Source: Chrysomallon squamiferum (taxonomy: Eukaryota > Animalia > Mollusca). Taken from it: a DNA stretch of 64,000 bases. The stretch covers positions 24,428,001 through 24,492,000 of the forward strand of contig CM022671.1 in NCBI GenBank assembly GCA_012295275.1. Reading direction: 5' to 3'. The notes below the pieces were generated by a model. It did not search any database, had not been told where the DNA came from, and was given only the letters and a program-made list of their open reading frames with translations. The position numbers and the translations under genes were made by a program. Positions 29,109-49,639 of the stretch are shown here, piece after piece; position 1 is the stretch's first letter; the number at the start of each line of letters is the position of its first letter.

Positions 29109-30687
29109 CTGAACTATCGAAAAAACTAACTGAAAATTGTATATATCGAACAAGAAAATAAATATCAGCAGAGTATGTAAGAGATAAAACAGAACTGACT
29201 TTATATTTATATTTATATTTATATTTATATAAAGATGTATATTTGTATTTTCAAATCAAAAAGTATTAACATGAGACTTTTAGAAATTATTCTAAAGATC
29301 TACATTTTATAAATATTAATCGAAATGTACCAATTAAGTATTTTTATATTTGACTACCTCGGATGATCAAATCGTCTTCACGTTGCCAGAATATGTAAGG
29401 TTTTGACTCTGCTTGATAATTCACTTCATATCGAAGTCGCTGTTTGTCCTGCTGAATGCTACATGATAACGGTCGTAAACCATGTACAGATTGTTTTGTT
29501 GTCTGTAAAATAAAGAAAACAATTGTTATTATTACTGTTGTTGTTCTTCTTCTTGCTGTTGTTACTACTACTATTTCTGCTATTTTTTTATTATCGATGA
29601 TCATATCAGTGTTCTTGTTTTTATTTTTTATTTTGCTTTGCTGTTCTCCTTCTTGTTCTTGCTGCTCCTGTTGTTTTACTTTGTTGTTTGTTTTGTTTAT
29701 TTTTTTTTTTTTTGTTGTTGTTGTTTTTTTTTTATTATTATTATTATTACTACTGTTTTAAAGAAATATATTTTACTAATGAAACTCACGTTTGATAAAT
29801 TAATTTATTTATATAAAATACCGAGATGACATCTACATATTATACAGACAAACTTGGATAACTCGTACGTTGATCTATTCAACTCAATATCTGCAACAGC
29901 TGAGATCCTACACACGTTAGTAATGTGTGTCTGTATATGTGTGTGTGAGTCTGTGTGTCTGTGTATTAGTGTGTGTGTGTGTGTTTCTGTGTGTGTGTTT
30001 AGTAAGTACTTACAGTCGGAGAGGATGTGGCTTCTGTAAAACTGTCTGTTATATATGGCTCATTTGTTAATTCTGGATCCCAAGGCGAGGCTTCAATGTT
30101 CTGGCACAGAGATCTAAGTCCATCGATTACCTATTGTACACAGTTGATATTTAATTTTTAAGAATGTATTCACGACATGCCATAAATCATAACAAATCTA
30201 CCAAATGATATTATATCGCGATGCTAAAATACCTAATTCGTTAGGAATGGTAGCCAAAATAGGGAGTAAACCCGTTTATAATTAATGCTTTCATAATTTA
30301 GTTTTTATCGCTGTGTCATTCAGTGAAATTAGTGCGGCTTTGTGTTGTTTTTCCTTGATTATTTTCTACATTTCATTTCTTTCTTTCTATTCTTTTCTTT
30401 TTTTTTTTTTTCTTCTTGTTTCTTTTTCATTGGTTAACAAGATAAAAACAAACTTATCTTTTCTGATTTACTAACAGATTTTAAATATATATAATATATA
30501 TATATATATTTCTGAGGAATTATCGAATGGCTGAAAATTGCGTATATCAAACAAGAAAATAAAAATCAGCAGAGTATCTAAGAACTAAAACAGAACTGAC
30601 TTTGTAGAGCTGGGCTGCCTGCTCGTCTTGTCTTTGTTGAAGTCTGTTGTATTTTTCTTCAAGATCCTGATAGTGACGTTTATTACC
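27149..30687 (-). CDS. Coiled-coil plus multiple Ig-like domain protein, no transmembrane segment (exons 3-7)
   Basis: Phase-consistent GT-AG exons: 30687-30601 (GNKRHYQDLEEKYNRLQQRQDEQAAQLYK, coiled coil), 30130-30014 (VIDGLRSLC..TEATSSPT), 29502-29358 (..YEVNYQAESKPYIFWQRED..), 28861-27942 (includes I-set-like CSIKCKAFG..FTIENFREKNAGIYTCSG), 27397-27149 (KLIFKCIASGYPLVDI..VGCIASH..IEVDVTN*). Confidence 0.85.
29051..29202. repeat. Intronic duplicate of 30458-30603
   Basis: Both copies read CTTTTCTGATTTACTAACAGATTTT..CTGAAAATTG..ACAAGAAAATAAA..TCAGCAGAGTAT..AAAACAGAACTGACTTT. Confidence 0.85.
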
Positions 30688-30895
30688 CTGTGTTGTATAA
30701 TAAAAACAGGTAGTGTCCGATTAGATAAGAAATACATTTCTTGCAATAATTATAAGTAATCCTTTAAAAAAAAAAAATCAGTTAAAACATCAGCAGAAAA
30801 TGTCTTCTTACAACAGTGCGAAATTGCCTTGGCAAAACGCCATGCGTTAATGCATCTAAGACATTAAAGGATACAAATACAAAACAGCCACTTAC

Positions 30896-32012
30896 ACTTT
30901 TTGATTTTTTATCGCTGTCGCTGAAAACGATAAAAGAACAAACATAATAACAATACTTGATAAAGGCCGCAGTGTCAACATCTTTAAACCGTTATAAAAA
31001 CAATACTGCACATCAGTATTAGCCACAAAGGAAATAAGTGAGTGTAAACATTATACTACATTGTGACATAAGACCGGTGTATCCTGTCAGAGTATAGGAT
31101 TTTATTAAGTGTCTGATAAGTACGCTGTCCGGTCTTAAAACACTAAGTAATTAAAATGCCTGAAATGTTACTTCATGTGGCAGATCAATTCATAATACAC
31201 TGATATGTGTGGACTTACGAATAAAAATCAATGACAAATAGTGTAAACAAATATATACGTACGTATGTACTTATAAACTTTCATACACACAGATAAATAT
31301 ACGCTCAGACATATGTATGAGTATATACATATCCACATACAAACAAATACACACACACACACATATACATATACATATATATTCAAACATACATCTATAC
31401 GTATATACATGCATACATATATACATACATATATACATACATATATAGATATATACATACATACATACATACATGCATGCATACATACCTACATACATAT
31501 ATACATACACACATATGCATACATATATATATACACACACACATACATATATACATACATACATACAAACGTACAAACGTACATACATTCATACATACAT
31601 TTAATTTTCCATAACTCTGTACATACAGACATAAGTAGTATGCACACACACACACACACACACGCAGCATCTACGTCATCAGCATGTGTGTGTGTGTTTG
31701 AAAGAATGACATGTCAAAACTAGGTAGGAATGGCCGTGTATAAGTATGTACGTATTTGCGTTTATCTGCATAATCATCAGTGTGTGTGTGTGTGCATGTC
31801 TGCGTGACACTGAGTGTAAAAATTGCCATTGATTCAGCAATTAAAACTATTATATTCGGCTAATTATTTATTATTATAACTGCAGAGATGACATTTTGAT
31901 AAAAGCATTCAAACCTAGAGAATTAAGTCGACATGCATATATTAATTTACATAAAACACGTCTCTGTGTAAAAATAAAATAGCGGTACGGTTCCTGGACG
32001 CATAGCCGTCAT
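30896..32012 (-). CDS. Probable exons 1-2 of the coiled-coil/Ig gene (32012-31951; 30920-30896)
   Basis: ATG at 32012 (MTAMRPGTVPLFYFYTETCF) with AT|GTAAAT donor (phase 2). A 25-nt micro-exon ttttcag|CGACAGCGATAAAAAATCAAAAAGT|GTAAGT restores phase 0 for exon 3. The full model is 534 aa. Exon 1 is only a weak signal-peptide candidate. Confidence 0.55.
31310..31665. repeat. Degenerate (TACA)n/(CA)n low-complexity tract
   Basis: Direct reading. Confidence 0.9.
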
Positions 32013-32676
32013 TTTTAGACTTGAAAAGAGGTCATGATAGAGTCTTTTATGAAGAAAACCAGTGTAAATTATGTTGGCATTTTCAAGGCAGCCTTGATGA
32101 CACTAAAAATAAATGTTCTTATGTTAGTTTAAATAACACTGACTTTCCATATTTTTGAGCAGTATATGTATGTAATTATGTCCAGTAGTTCGGACTATAT
32201 TCCTGAAGAAAAAAAAGACAAACAAAAAAAATAAAAATTAAAAAAAACATAAATAAATAGACGTCTTGAGTTAATGTATGTATGTATGTATGTATGAATG
32301 TATGTATGTATGTTTGTTTGTATATATGTGTGTGTGTGTATATGCATATGTATGTATATGTAAATATTAAATAACAATGAAGTCGGAGATTTTGCTCAAA
32401 TTTGGTAAATTGAAATGTAATGATTCTATACTAATGCTTCACTTCGCCTTTACGTACAGGAAAGGGTAATTCCATCACAGAAGAGAGTAATTATTAAATT
32501 CTTGAACCATAAATATAATAGCAGTGTTATTCATATAATTGCTGTTAAATATATGACGGGCGACATTTTTCACAATCACCGATCTCATTCCGTTGTGCAT
32601 GAAACAAAGGAAGTTCTTCTGTGGAACGTGACTTATTGGTACATCTCGACAGTTTTTAATTTTGTGCCAGAGAAAT

Positions 32677-39723
<7,047 letters not shown>

Positions 39724-39801
39724 AAAAAAAAAAAAAAAAAAAAAATGAAAAAGAAATATGAATTGTTTTATCTGTTGGAAAATAAAAACGGAGGTCACTT
39801 C

Positions 39802-39832
<31 letters not shown>

Positions 39833-40127
39833 TTACAATAAAAAAAAAAAAAATTGTTTTGTTTGTTTGTTTTAATGTTAAATGATTCCAGTCCATTCGT
39901 GTGTATCGGCGTTTGACTCAGCTTTAACACACTGAATCAGTTTTCTAAATGATTTTGCACGTTAAAGGAAATCACGTGTACAATAAAACAATTCATTATT
40001 GCTTTCTTTTCCCACAGTGTACCCGATGTAATAAAACGTTTTTAGATGATACTGGAGTTTTCATGTTTATTTGACTAAAATATGTTTCAGTAATGTTAAA
40101 ATCCTTTTTCTTTTCTTGTTTTATTTC

Positions 40128-40169
<42 letters not shown>

Positions 40170-40945
40170 GTCCATTATAGAATAAGATACATGTAATTTA
40201 ATACTATTAAAATTACAGAAGCAATAATTGATTGACTAGTATGTAACAGTTATGCAGTCTAGATTATAACAAATATTACAGTGATTACAGGTTGTAGTTA
40301 AGTAAGACAGGTAAGACAAAAAGAAGCTTAATAAATTCAGTCCAGTCTTTTTGTAAAAATAATTACAAACTACTGGATGGAACGTTCCATAAAATAAAAT
40401 TACGTGGTTAGAAGATTTTCTTTGAAATGCGATTTCTTTGATTATTAAAGCGTTATATTAAATTGTGGTCCATTATCACCTTCTGTGTTCTTTCATCTGT
40501 TGAATATAGTTTTAAATGAAAATTGATTTAATAATGTTCTTATTGTATTTGTTCTTTAAACTTTTTGTTCCCTTTTTGTTCTTCTTGTCACTGTTACCAT
40601 CAACACTGTTATGCAGTATGAATGGCTGTCATACAGATTCTCCTTTCAGATTATCTTGCCCTTTGCTCCTTTGTGTTTTCCCTTCAAACTGAGCGCCATC
40701 TTTAATATACGGAAGGCTGTTTCGTTAAAATTAATTATTTATATTATCATATCAAAATCAACAGATGGGACAGTTTGTATTTGAGTAATATGCCCTGGAC
40801 ACAACGTATTATCACGAGCTTCTGATTTTAATGTTACAACTTATTAAAAAGCATTGGTTGCTATAATAAATAAAATAATAAATTACAACTGCAGCAGTTC
40901 TATTCAAAGTATTCCAGCTTACAGAATATTTCCTTCGGAAAACGC

Positions 40946-41007
<62 letters not shown>

Positions 41008-41435
41008 AACTACACACTAAATTATAATTTCTGGTTACTGTACGTCACAAAGTCATTTCTATAATAATTTTAACAGAGACTCGCTGAGTTTTTATAGGTA
41101 GATCATTAATCACTATCACTTTCCCGATACGTAGATCACTAATCACTTTCACTTTCCCGATCTGCAGTTCTGTCCTTTTAGAGAACTGAAACCAAATTAC
41201 CACATAAGCCTGCTTTTACACATGCTGGTCGCACATCATTACTGCTGTCGGTTAATTAATGACGTACGGCAATAACGAACTATTCTGAAACATATTTGTA
41301 CTGTGTTGTATTCTCCAGTTTAATCCTATCGATAATATCTCTGTTATACATGCGATCCGCTGTAGTACTCAACATTTTTATATCTACACCACTGTTAAAG
41401 ATCAGTGCACAACGAAAATGTATGACCTAGAGATG

Positions 41436-41511
<76 letters not shown>

Positions 41512-41651
41512 TCATACACAAATATATACACATACATATTCACATACATATATTCTCATACCTTCCAGGCAAAAACAAATCACATAATTTGATAAACCAG
41601 GTTATTTTAATTTAAATATTTGACAGTGTGTTCATTTCGACTGAACATTTT

Positions 41652-41958
41652 CATCTGAACTGAACAACCCCAAAAATGTCCATTCAAGAAGTTATATAAA
41701 TAACAGGAGAAATTATAATTAAATTCTAGTAAACAATATGAATGTACTGGACGCACCCCTACACACATTATATACACCCACGCGCTTTAACATCTGAACT
41801 GAATAACCCCCAAAATGACCATTCATGAATATGTATAAACAATGAGAATAATTATGAATATAATGTTATTACAGTGCATAATTATAATTAAATTCTAATA
41901 AACAGTATGAATGTTTTAACGCACCCATGCAAACATAATATATACACACGTACTTTAA
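41652..41958. repeat. Diverged tandem duplication (about 139 + 168 bp)
   Basis: CATCTGAACTGAA.AACCCC.AAAATG.CCATTCA..AATTATAATTAAATTCTA.TAAACA.TATGAATGT..ACGCACCC..CTTTAA at 41652 and 41791. Confidence 0.8.
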
Positions 41959-41984
41959 AATCAGAAGAACGTGTCTATGTGTAT

Positions 41985-41985
41985 G

Positions 41986-42080
<95 letters not shown>
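41985..42080. repeat. Compound (GT)n(AG)n microsatellite
   Basis: Direct reading. Confidence 0.97.
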
Positions 42081-42083
<3 letters not shown>

Positions 42084-45000
42084 ACCAATATATAAATATG
42101 TAATATTATAAAATTACGAAAATATCAAACCATTTACTATAAAGTAACTACAGATATATGACCTTCAACTAAAAATAAATCTAACTGATTACATAAACAC
42201 GCAGGACTTCTATCGTTGTAGAAGTAAACAAGCCAGATAGTTTCAAGCTGATACGCTTTGTATTATTAGTAATATTTAAGAACAATTTTGCTGCATGTGT
42301 CCAAACAGTGTCTAAATTTCCTCTTCTTTTTTTTTCTTGTTTATTGTTTTTCTTTGCTGCTATTGTTGTTATTTGGTTTGTTTTGTCTTGTTTAATGTTG
42401 ATTCTTTTTTCGTTTTGGAATGAAATTTTTTGTTGTTGCTACTGCTGTTACCACTACTATTATTGATTTTTTTTCTTCTTCTTCTTCTTCTTCTTTTTGT
42501 CCTTTGGCAGGAAACGGATTCTGGGACTTTTTGCTTGATTAAAATTTGAATTTTATTGAAGGTTGACTGTTTTATTTTGGAACGAGTGTATGTCGTTGTT
42601 TTTGTTGCTGTTGTTCATAAACTGTGGGTTTTTTCTATTTATTTTATTACTGTTATTTTGTAAGCTGTGGAGAATTTTCTCTGAAGGCTGTTGCTGTTTT
42701 TATTTTATATATCTGGTTCTGTTTTTTTAGATATTTCAATAATAACTACGTTAGATCTTTACCAGTCATTATTAATATCAGTTACATGACTGCTATATTT
42801 ACTTAATCCCCATACAGACTAATATAACTCTAATTTCGTGATATTTCCAGTGATATTATATGTGACAGCTCTGATTATAGATAAACTGTATGGTTCGTGC
42901 TTATGTCAGCTTCATGCACAACTGAGAAAAATGATAATATAATTACTTCATGACATTAATTGTCCACACCCTTAATGATATATTATTACACAAAGCTGAC
43001 TATAATAATAAAAAATAACATTTACTTTCACCGCATCAATAAAATGATGTATATGTCTGTGTGTTCATATATGTGTAGGTGTTCTTTATTATTTTATTCT
43101 GAAGTTTATCGGGAGATTATCTCATTTTAAAAACGTTAATTAATCTGTCTACGACTGTGAGTCTGTTATATAAAAGAGGTAGATATTATAATATACCACA
43201 TACCCTAAAATTGTGTAAAACTTGAAATGAACAAATTACACTAAAATAATATTTCTTTGTTTTAGCAATTTAGACTTTTCTGGCTTCAGAAACAATTATA
43301 TAATATGCTGACTGTAACAGTATGGAGTTTACATGTATGTAACTTATTAAATTCCTCAATGTCAAACATCAAAAGCAATAATCTAATGTGATATTTAAAA
43401 AGCTCGGAGCTCTTTAATTTAGCTATTAGTTTCATGTTTACTAATCATAGTCATGCTGCAAGTCGTGACAATTAGGCTAGTGGATGATAAACATCAGCGA
43501 ACAGTATACGTTGATATTTTACATTGCTTAATTAGCACAAATCATTCGTTTTATTATTTGACAAATCATTCGTTTTATTCCGTTTTTTTTTGTGTTTTTT
43601 TTTTTCTTCTTCTTCTTTTTTCAAAAAAAAACAAACATCATTAAGGTTTCAGATGATCAAAACTTAAAGATGATTATTTTGTTAATGTTAAGAACTAGGC
43701 TAACAAAATTTCATGGATTTCCACTTTAGAGTGAGTTTATTTCTGAGAATAAGATGAAAAGTGACGTTTTGACTCTATCCTGAACAATTTCATTTTGAAA
43801 AAAATATACAAGTGAATTAATATGTTCATATCTCTTAACTACATGCTAGCACTCTCCACCACCACCACCCATGCACACACACACACATACAAATAACCTA
43901 AACACGTATCACGTAATTATTTCCAGTACCGTTATTCGTGCATCATCATCATTTTCAATTTTGTATGTATTTCATTTTAAAACAACCGAAATACTAACCA
44001 GAACTATGACAACTGTAATAGCTGTAGCAGTAGAAGTTGTTGTAGCTGAAGTAGCTGTTGCATATGTCGGTAAAACAGAATTTAAAATTTTAACACTGAT
44101 TTGTAACAGTTATAATTACATATTTTTCGTGATAAAATAGGATTAGTTGTAATTGGATTTTCTAATCGGCTTTATTCTGTTAACTGTCGCCTAGCTAGTT
44201 TCCTTGAAATCGACAGTAATTTAGCATGCGAAATCCTTTTAGATTAATTAAAAAGAAAAACGATTTTGGCTTATGCAGAACACTTTTATAAATAGTAATG
44301 ACCCACTTAAACATGCGTCATGACTTCCTAGTTCAAGATTAGGCAAAATAAAAAAAATATATATATATATAATTAAACAACAATGCAAAATGTAGAAAAA
44401 TAAAATACAATATTTAAATAAATAAATAAATAAATAAATAAAACAGCACTAAATCTATTAATACTGTGATAGTAACAACTGTTACAACGCATATTAGTCT
44501 ACCACTAGTATTACAACAAAAATAGCAACAATACTACTATTATTACTATTTCTGCTACAGCTAATACTATTGCTATTTCTGCTACAAGTAATGCTACTAT
44601 AGTGTTACTAGATCTGCTACTACTGTTACTACTGATGCTGCAAATATGTAGAATTATAATTTCAGTTACCATTAATATTCTTATATTTATTTCTTTGTTC
44701 GTTTGTTTATTCAACTATTTATTGTTTTAGTTGTTGCTTGTTTTGTTTCAGTTTTTTGTGGTTGGACTGATTACTTACTTACTTATTTATTTATTTAATA
44801 TAATTATTTATATACAGTACAATTTTCCATTCACAGCTATATGCCTTTCATACAGAAAGGACATCACATACCACAGTTCTCGATAGATCAGTTACTGATA
44901 CTGAATGGTTGGTCGATGTATAACTGTAATTAGCCAAATTATTTAAATGCATCGAAAAGAACATTGTCTTCCTTTTTATTTGAAAACTAAATAAATAAAT

Positions 45001-45789
45001 AAAATGTCGGAAATTTGAATTAACAATACCATGATTTGAACGGGTGAATTTTGATATTCAAAATAAAATAAAAAAGTGTTCAAACGGTCACTCTAAAATG
45101 GGTCCTGTATCGAGGCTAAAGAAATATTATAAATGCGAACCTACACGATTCGACACATTGGTGAAAATAACTAAAAGTTTAAACTTAATATCGGTCTTGT
45201 CGTTGATAAATCACCTTTTCAGAAATCTATAAATTACATTATGAATTCAAGAACTAATTTATTTTTGCGTATACAGCGAAATCAATTGACATCCGTTAGT
45301 AAAACAAACAATTTTTTACGTTTTGCCTTATGTAGAAAACAGTTATCTGGAAAAACAATCTGTATAATGAACAAATTCTGTCCAGCCAAACAGAAAACCG
45401 AAGTACTTTCCTGTAATCTGTTCTTTTAGTTTTCAGATGTACTTTTCTTGTAGTCAGGAAAAAAGAAAAGAAAAAATAAATCTGAAATCTTCCGTGTGCC
45501 CTCTTTTCACTTTCAGCCACACATACAAACATACGCATTCATCCATCCGTCCATCCATCCATATGTGTGTGTGTATGTGTGTGTATGTATATGTGTATGT
45601 GTGTATGAGTGTGTGTATGTGTATACATACATATATACACACCTATATACATACATACCAGCATACGTTCATGTATGCCTGCATATACAGATATAATTGC
45701 TTTCGTTTCTTGGTTTTTATTCTTGTGGTTTCTACGAGGATTTTTAATTTTTATTAACTTATTATTATTATTATTATTATTATTTTTGT

Positions 45790-45840
<51 letters not shown>

Positions 45841-46222
45841 TTCGTTTAATTATTTATTTATTTTATATGGGGAAGGGGGCAGTGAAGGTGGGGTATAGTC
45901 TGTTTTAGTTGTTTTAAAAACTTAATTTAATAAAAATAAAAAAAAATGTGTCTTTACTCTGGACCAGTATGCACAGACTCTGCTAAGTACACAATTTCAC
46001 GCTTTACAGATACACAAACTCTGTATCTTCTTTTAAAGCAGTAGTTCGAGAAATAAAAGCTATTGATTATTCTCCACATTTGTCGACGTTAAGCACATTA
46101 TAAAAACTTATTTGTCATTAGGGGATGACATACGTACGTGCAGTACTCAGACAATGTAATTATGGTTATTCAGGCGTGTTATTTGACGTGGATTAAGTAA
46201 GTCATCACAATACCAGAGTAGA

Positions 46223-46445
46223 TATATAAGCTGACGTGTGGCATTGTAGTTTTGCTAAAAACATCCTCAGACGTAAGGGTGACAGGCTTAACGTGGAGAA
46301 ACCAAACACTGCAGACTGAATAAGGAATGAGATCTTCTTTTTTTTTCACATGTTTTCTTAGAATGGTCGTTAATAGAAAGTGGAGATATTTTATATAACG
46401 AATGAAAAAAAAATGTGTCTTTTACTTCGTCGTTGGAAAGTAAGT
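46223..46445 (+). promoter_or_regulatory. Possible TATA box and non-coding first exon of the GPCR
   Basis: TATATAAG near 46224 and a strong donor AAA|GTAAGT at 46439/46440. Candidate acceptor ttttctaacag at 49601, just before the GPCR ATG. No transcript evidence. Confidence 0.3.
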
Positions 46446-47769
46446 ATTCATTTTTGTACATTTCCTCAAGAACATAATGATATATTAGCCAAAAGCAAAG
46501 ACAGTTTTATATATTTTTTGTATCTCTTTGTCTAGAAATAACATTTGACTGTGTCGGATGTTTGCCCACAGAACTATTAGATTTAATAAGTGATGTGTTA
46601 ATTTTTATGGAACTTGAAGCAGAGTGGTCCTTTAAAAATTAGGAAGTCGCTAAAGAGCCAGCCATACAGAGAGGTGCTCTCAGAAATGTTGTTATCACTG
46701 GTAATGACTAATAATTAACTGAAATCCTGTATCATATAGAAAATATTACTGTCGAGCACATTGTTCATATTGTTTAACTGCTTCCTAACAATTAGTCTCA
46801 AGTGGAAATCTTTTACGTATAATGGAAAACAATTTTTTTTATTTATTTATTTTTTTATTTATTTTTTTTTTTTTTTTTTTTTTGTACGGATTACATTAGA
46901 GTGCATAATTTCATGATGGCATTACAGAAACGTTTCAATGCTAAATATATTCTGAATAATGTGATGTGTTTTAGGTGCGCGAATAAGGAAATGGTTTTAT
47001 TATAGGCTTTAGTTATGTCGATATATTAGTACGGGAAGAGATAATTACCTGTTCAGATGAATATTCCATGAACTTTTATATAACCGTTGAATAAATTATG
47101 TGGAAGAATTATAAGTTTCTACAAAATGGATGTAAAATGTTACCCAAGCGTGTTCTATTATTTTTCTTTTTTTTTTCTTTTTTTTTACTTTAATATTTAC
47201 AGATGTAAAAATCATAATAATAATGAAAATAAATAAATAAAATGCATATATATATGTATGTGTGTATGTATGTGTATGTATGAATGTATGTGTATGTATA
47301 TACACACACACATATGTGTGTGTGTGTGTTTATGTATGTATGTATTTATGTATGTATGTATGTATGTATGTATGTATGTATGTGTGTATTATGTATGTAT
47401 GTATGTATTATGTATGTATCAGATAAAAATCATACGTAGCTATTTCTTAACTGTATTATTACACTTATTTGGATCATGTTCCTTTCCAAAAAAACAAAAC
47501 TTTTCTCTATTTTTTTATTTTTTTATAATCTACTGTATAATATAACTTGAACTACATTCATAAAGAAACACATCTTGAAAATAATATCCATAGCAATGAT
47601 GAAATCCTGGATCTCTCTCCGATGCTGCTTATATTATAAGAAAATATTCTACATATTATTGTACGCATGAGTATTTCGTTATTGGATAAAATATTACGTT
47701 AGTCCATCTTAAATATTACATAATCAATCTGGACTAATGAAACTGAATATATATATATGTATGGTGTCT

Positions 47770-48404
47770 GCCCGGGAAGTCGACCAATTTTATTTTTGTT
47801 TAGTACGTAGACATATTTAATTGGTTTGTAAGTTACGACAGCCATTTTTGTTAACAGCGAGACGAGAACCCTGAAGTAGACGGATCTAACTGGTTTGCAT
47901 GTTCTGCTTTTTAAAGAAATATTTGTATACAAGACCATCTATTTTTAACATAATCAATCTTTTTTCTTCAGAAAATACAAAAACTTTAAGGAATCTTGAT
48001 AAATATGTAATTTAGTTTGTAACTACATATGTATAACAACTATATGTTTATATCTTTTATTATCCTAATTTTTAGGTTTAATTTATTTCCCCTGTATTTG
48101 TATACTGTAACCTATTACACAGCTGTTTCTGTTTTGTAACTGTATTCTTGTCTGTTTTTGTGTTTATAGTCATGCTGTCTTTGGTAAATAAATAAACTGA
48201 ACTGAAACTGAATTGTAGTAATAGCAGTAGTAGTAATAATAGTATCACCTCGTTGTTACTTTTTGACTGCGCACACCGTCAACCAAGTAAAACACAATTA
48301 ATGAGTCCCGGGACATCGACAGATCATCACTGGTACATTTCAGCCTGTCCCGCTAAGTAGACACAATTTTAAGATCATTTATACAAGTTGTCGACTTCAC
48401 GGGC
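47770..48404. mobile_element. Possible degenerate MITE bounded by inverted repeats, containing a LINE-like 3' end
   Basis: GCCCGGGAAGTCGAC (47770-47784) versus reverse complement of 48390-48404, GCCCGTGAAGTCGAC (14/15). Inside, AATAAATAAA-(CTGAA)n near 48187-48212 resembles a retroposon tail. No clear TSD. Confidence 0.35.
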
Positions 48405-49639
48405 CATAAACATATGTATATCTATCTATCTCTCTCTATATATATATTCCATCAGTATCTTTAAATAGGGAGTTATATTTTATGAATATATTTTTGTATT
48501 ATTTTACATTTTTTAGTGATATCTTAAAATTTTTAACAAAATCATCAATGTCATACAAAAAAAGCTACAGGAATTTGTATATCGGTATATGTACGTGTAC
48601 GTTTATGAGTATGTGTGTGTTTTGTGCGTGTGTTTTTGCGTGTCTGCTGTAATGAAACTGGTCTCAGATAGTCCTAGTACTAGTTCAGTACATTAATCTT
48701 TAAATATTATAATGACTGTTGTATTACAGCAAAAAGCCTTTGATTAATATAAATCCTGTTTTGGTTTGTTAGTAAATGCTTTTTCCTTTTATTTTATTTT
48801 ATATTTGATACGGTGTTCTGGTGTTCGTATTGTTACTATAAACACAAATAGTAGCTGTCTGTGTTATATGCACATTAAAAACACATACGTATTTAACGAA
48901 AATATTTCATCATTTAACAAGTCATTCACCTCAGTGTTTTAATTTTTCTAATGTCTCTGACAAATCAATATCAGTATAGTTCTATTTTCTGTCAAAGTTG
49001 TGTGTAGTTCTGATGTTAGGCATTAGGAGAAAAAGCAAATATTAACCAGCTACAGGCCATATTAACCTACTTTTTAAATTCTCATAGTAGTAGTAACGAA
49101 AAGAAAATTGTTCAAAAATGAATCAACAATACTATTTAAAGTAGGTTTATGCGTTTAAATTAATATATCAGTTTACTTATTTTGATGAATTCTCAGAGTT
49201 GTTCAGAATTACTGTTATTGGTGCCTGGAACCTCAAAGATTTAGAACTTATCCTGTTAAAATTTCTGAAGCCATATTTTATATTGACATTAATGTTGGTT
49301 CTTCTTTTCAGATACTGAAGAAAATAACAACATGATTCTAAATAAAAGTAATCTTCTAGATGTGCTGTTAAAATAAACATTCCATATGTTACGTAGTAGG
49401 GCAGCGCATGGATGATTTGTCACTGTACAGATGTGATATTACTTAAGAAGAAGACGGCTGTTAAAAATAAAACAAGAAAGTATTTTACAATGTGGTGTTT
49501 TAGTTTTTGTTACTGAATGTAAAAAGTAAAAAGAACGAAACACTAAGGACCTTTTCTTTACCTCGGAACAAACTTATGCAGAATTTACAATTTTCTAACA
49601 GCTAAAGGACACAATCTGACTTTGAACGATTTTATAACG

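Noticed and set aside
29859-29900. Possible extra micro-exon in the Ig gene
   Set aside because: Its phase is incompatible with the flanking phase-0 junction, and it reads into TGA.
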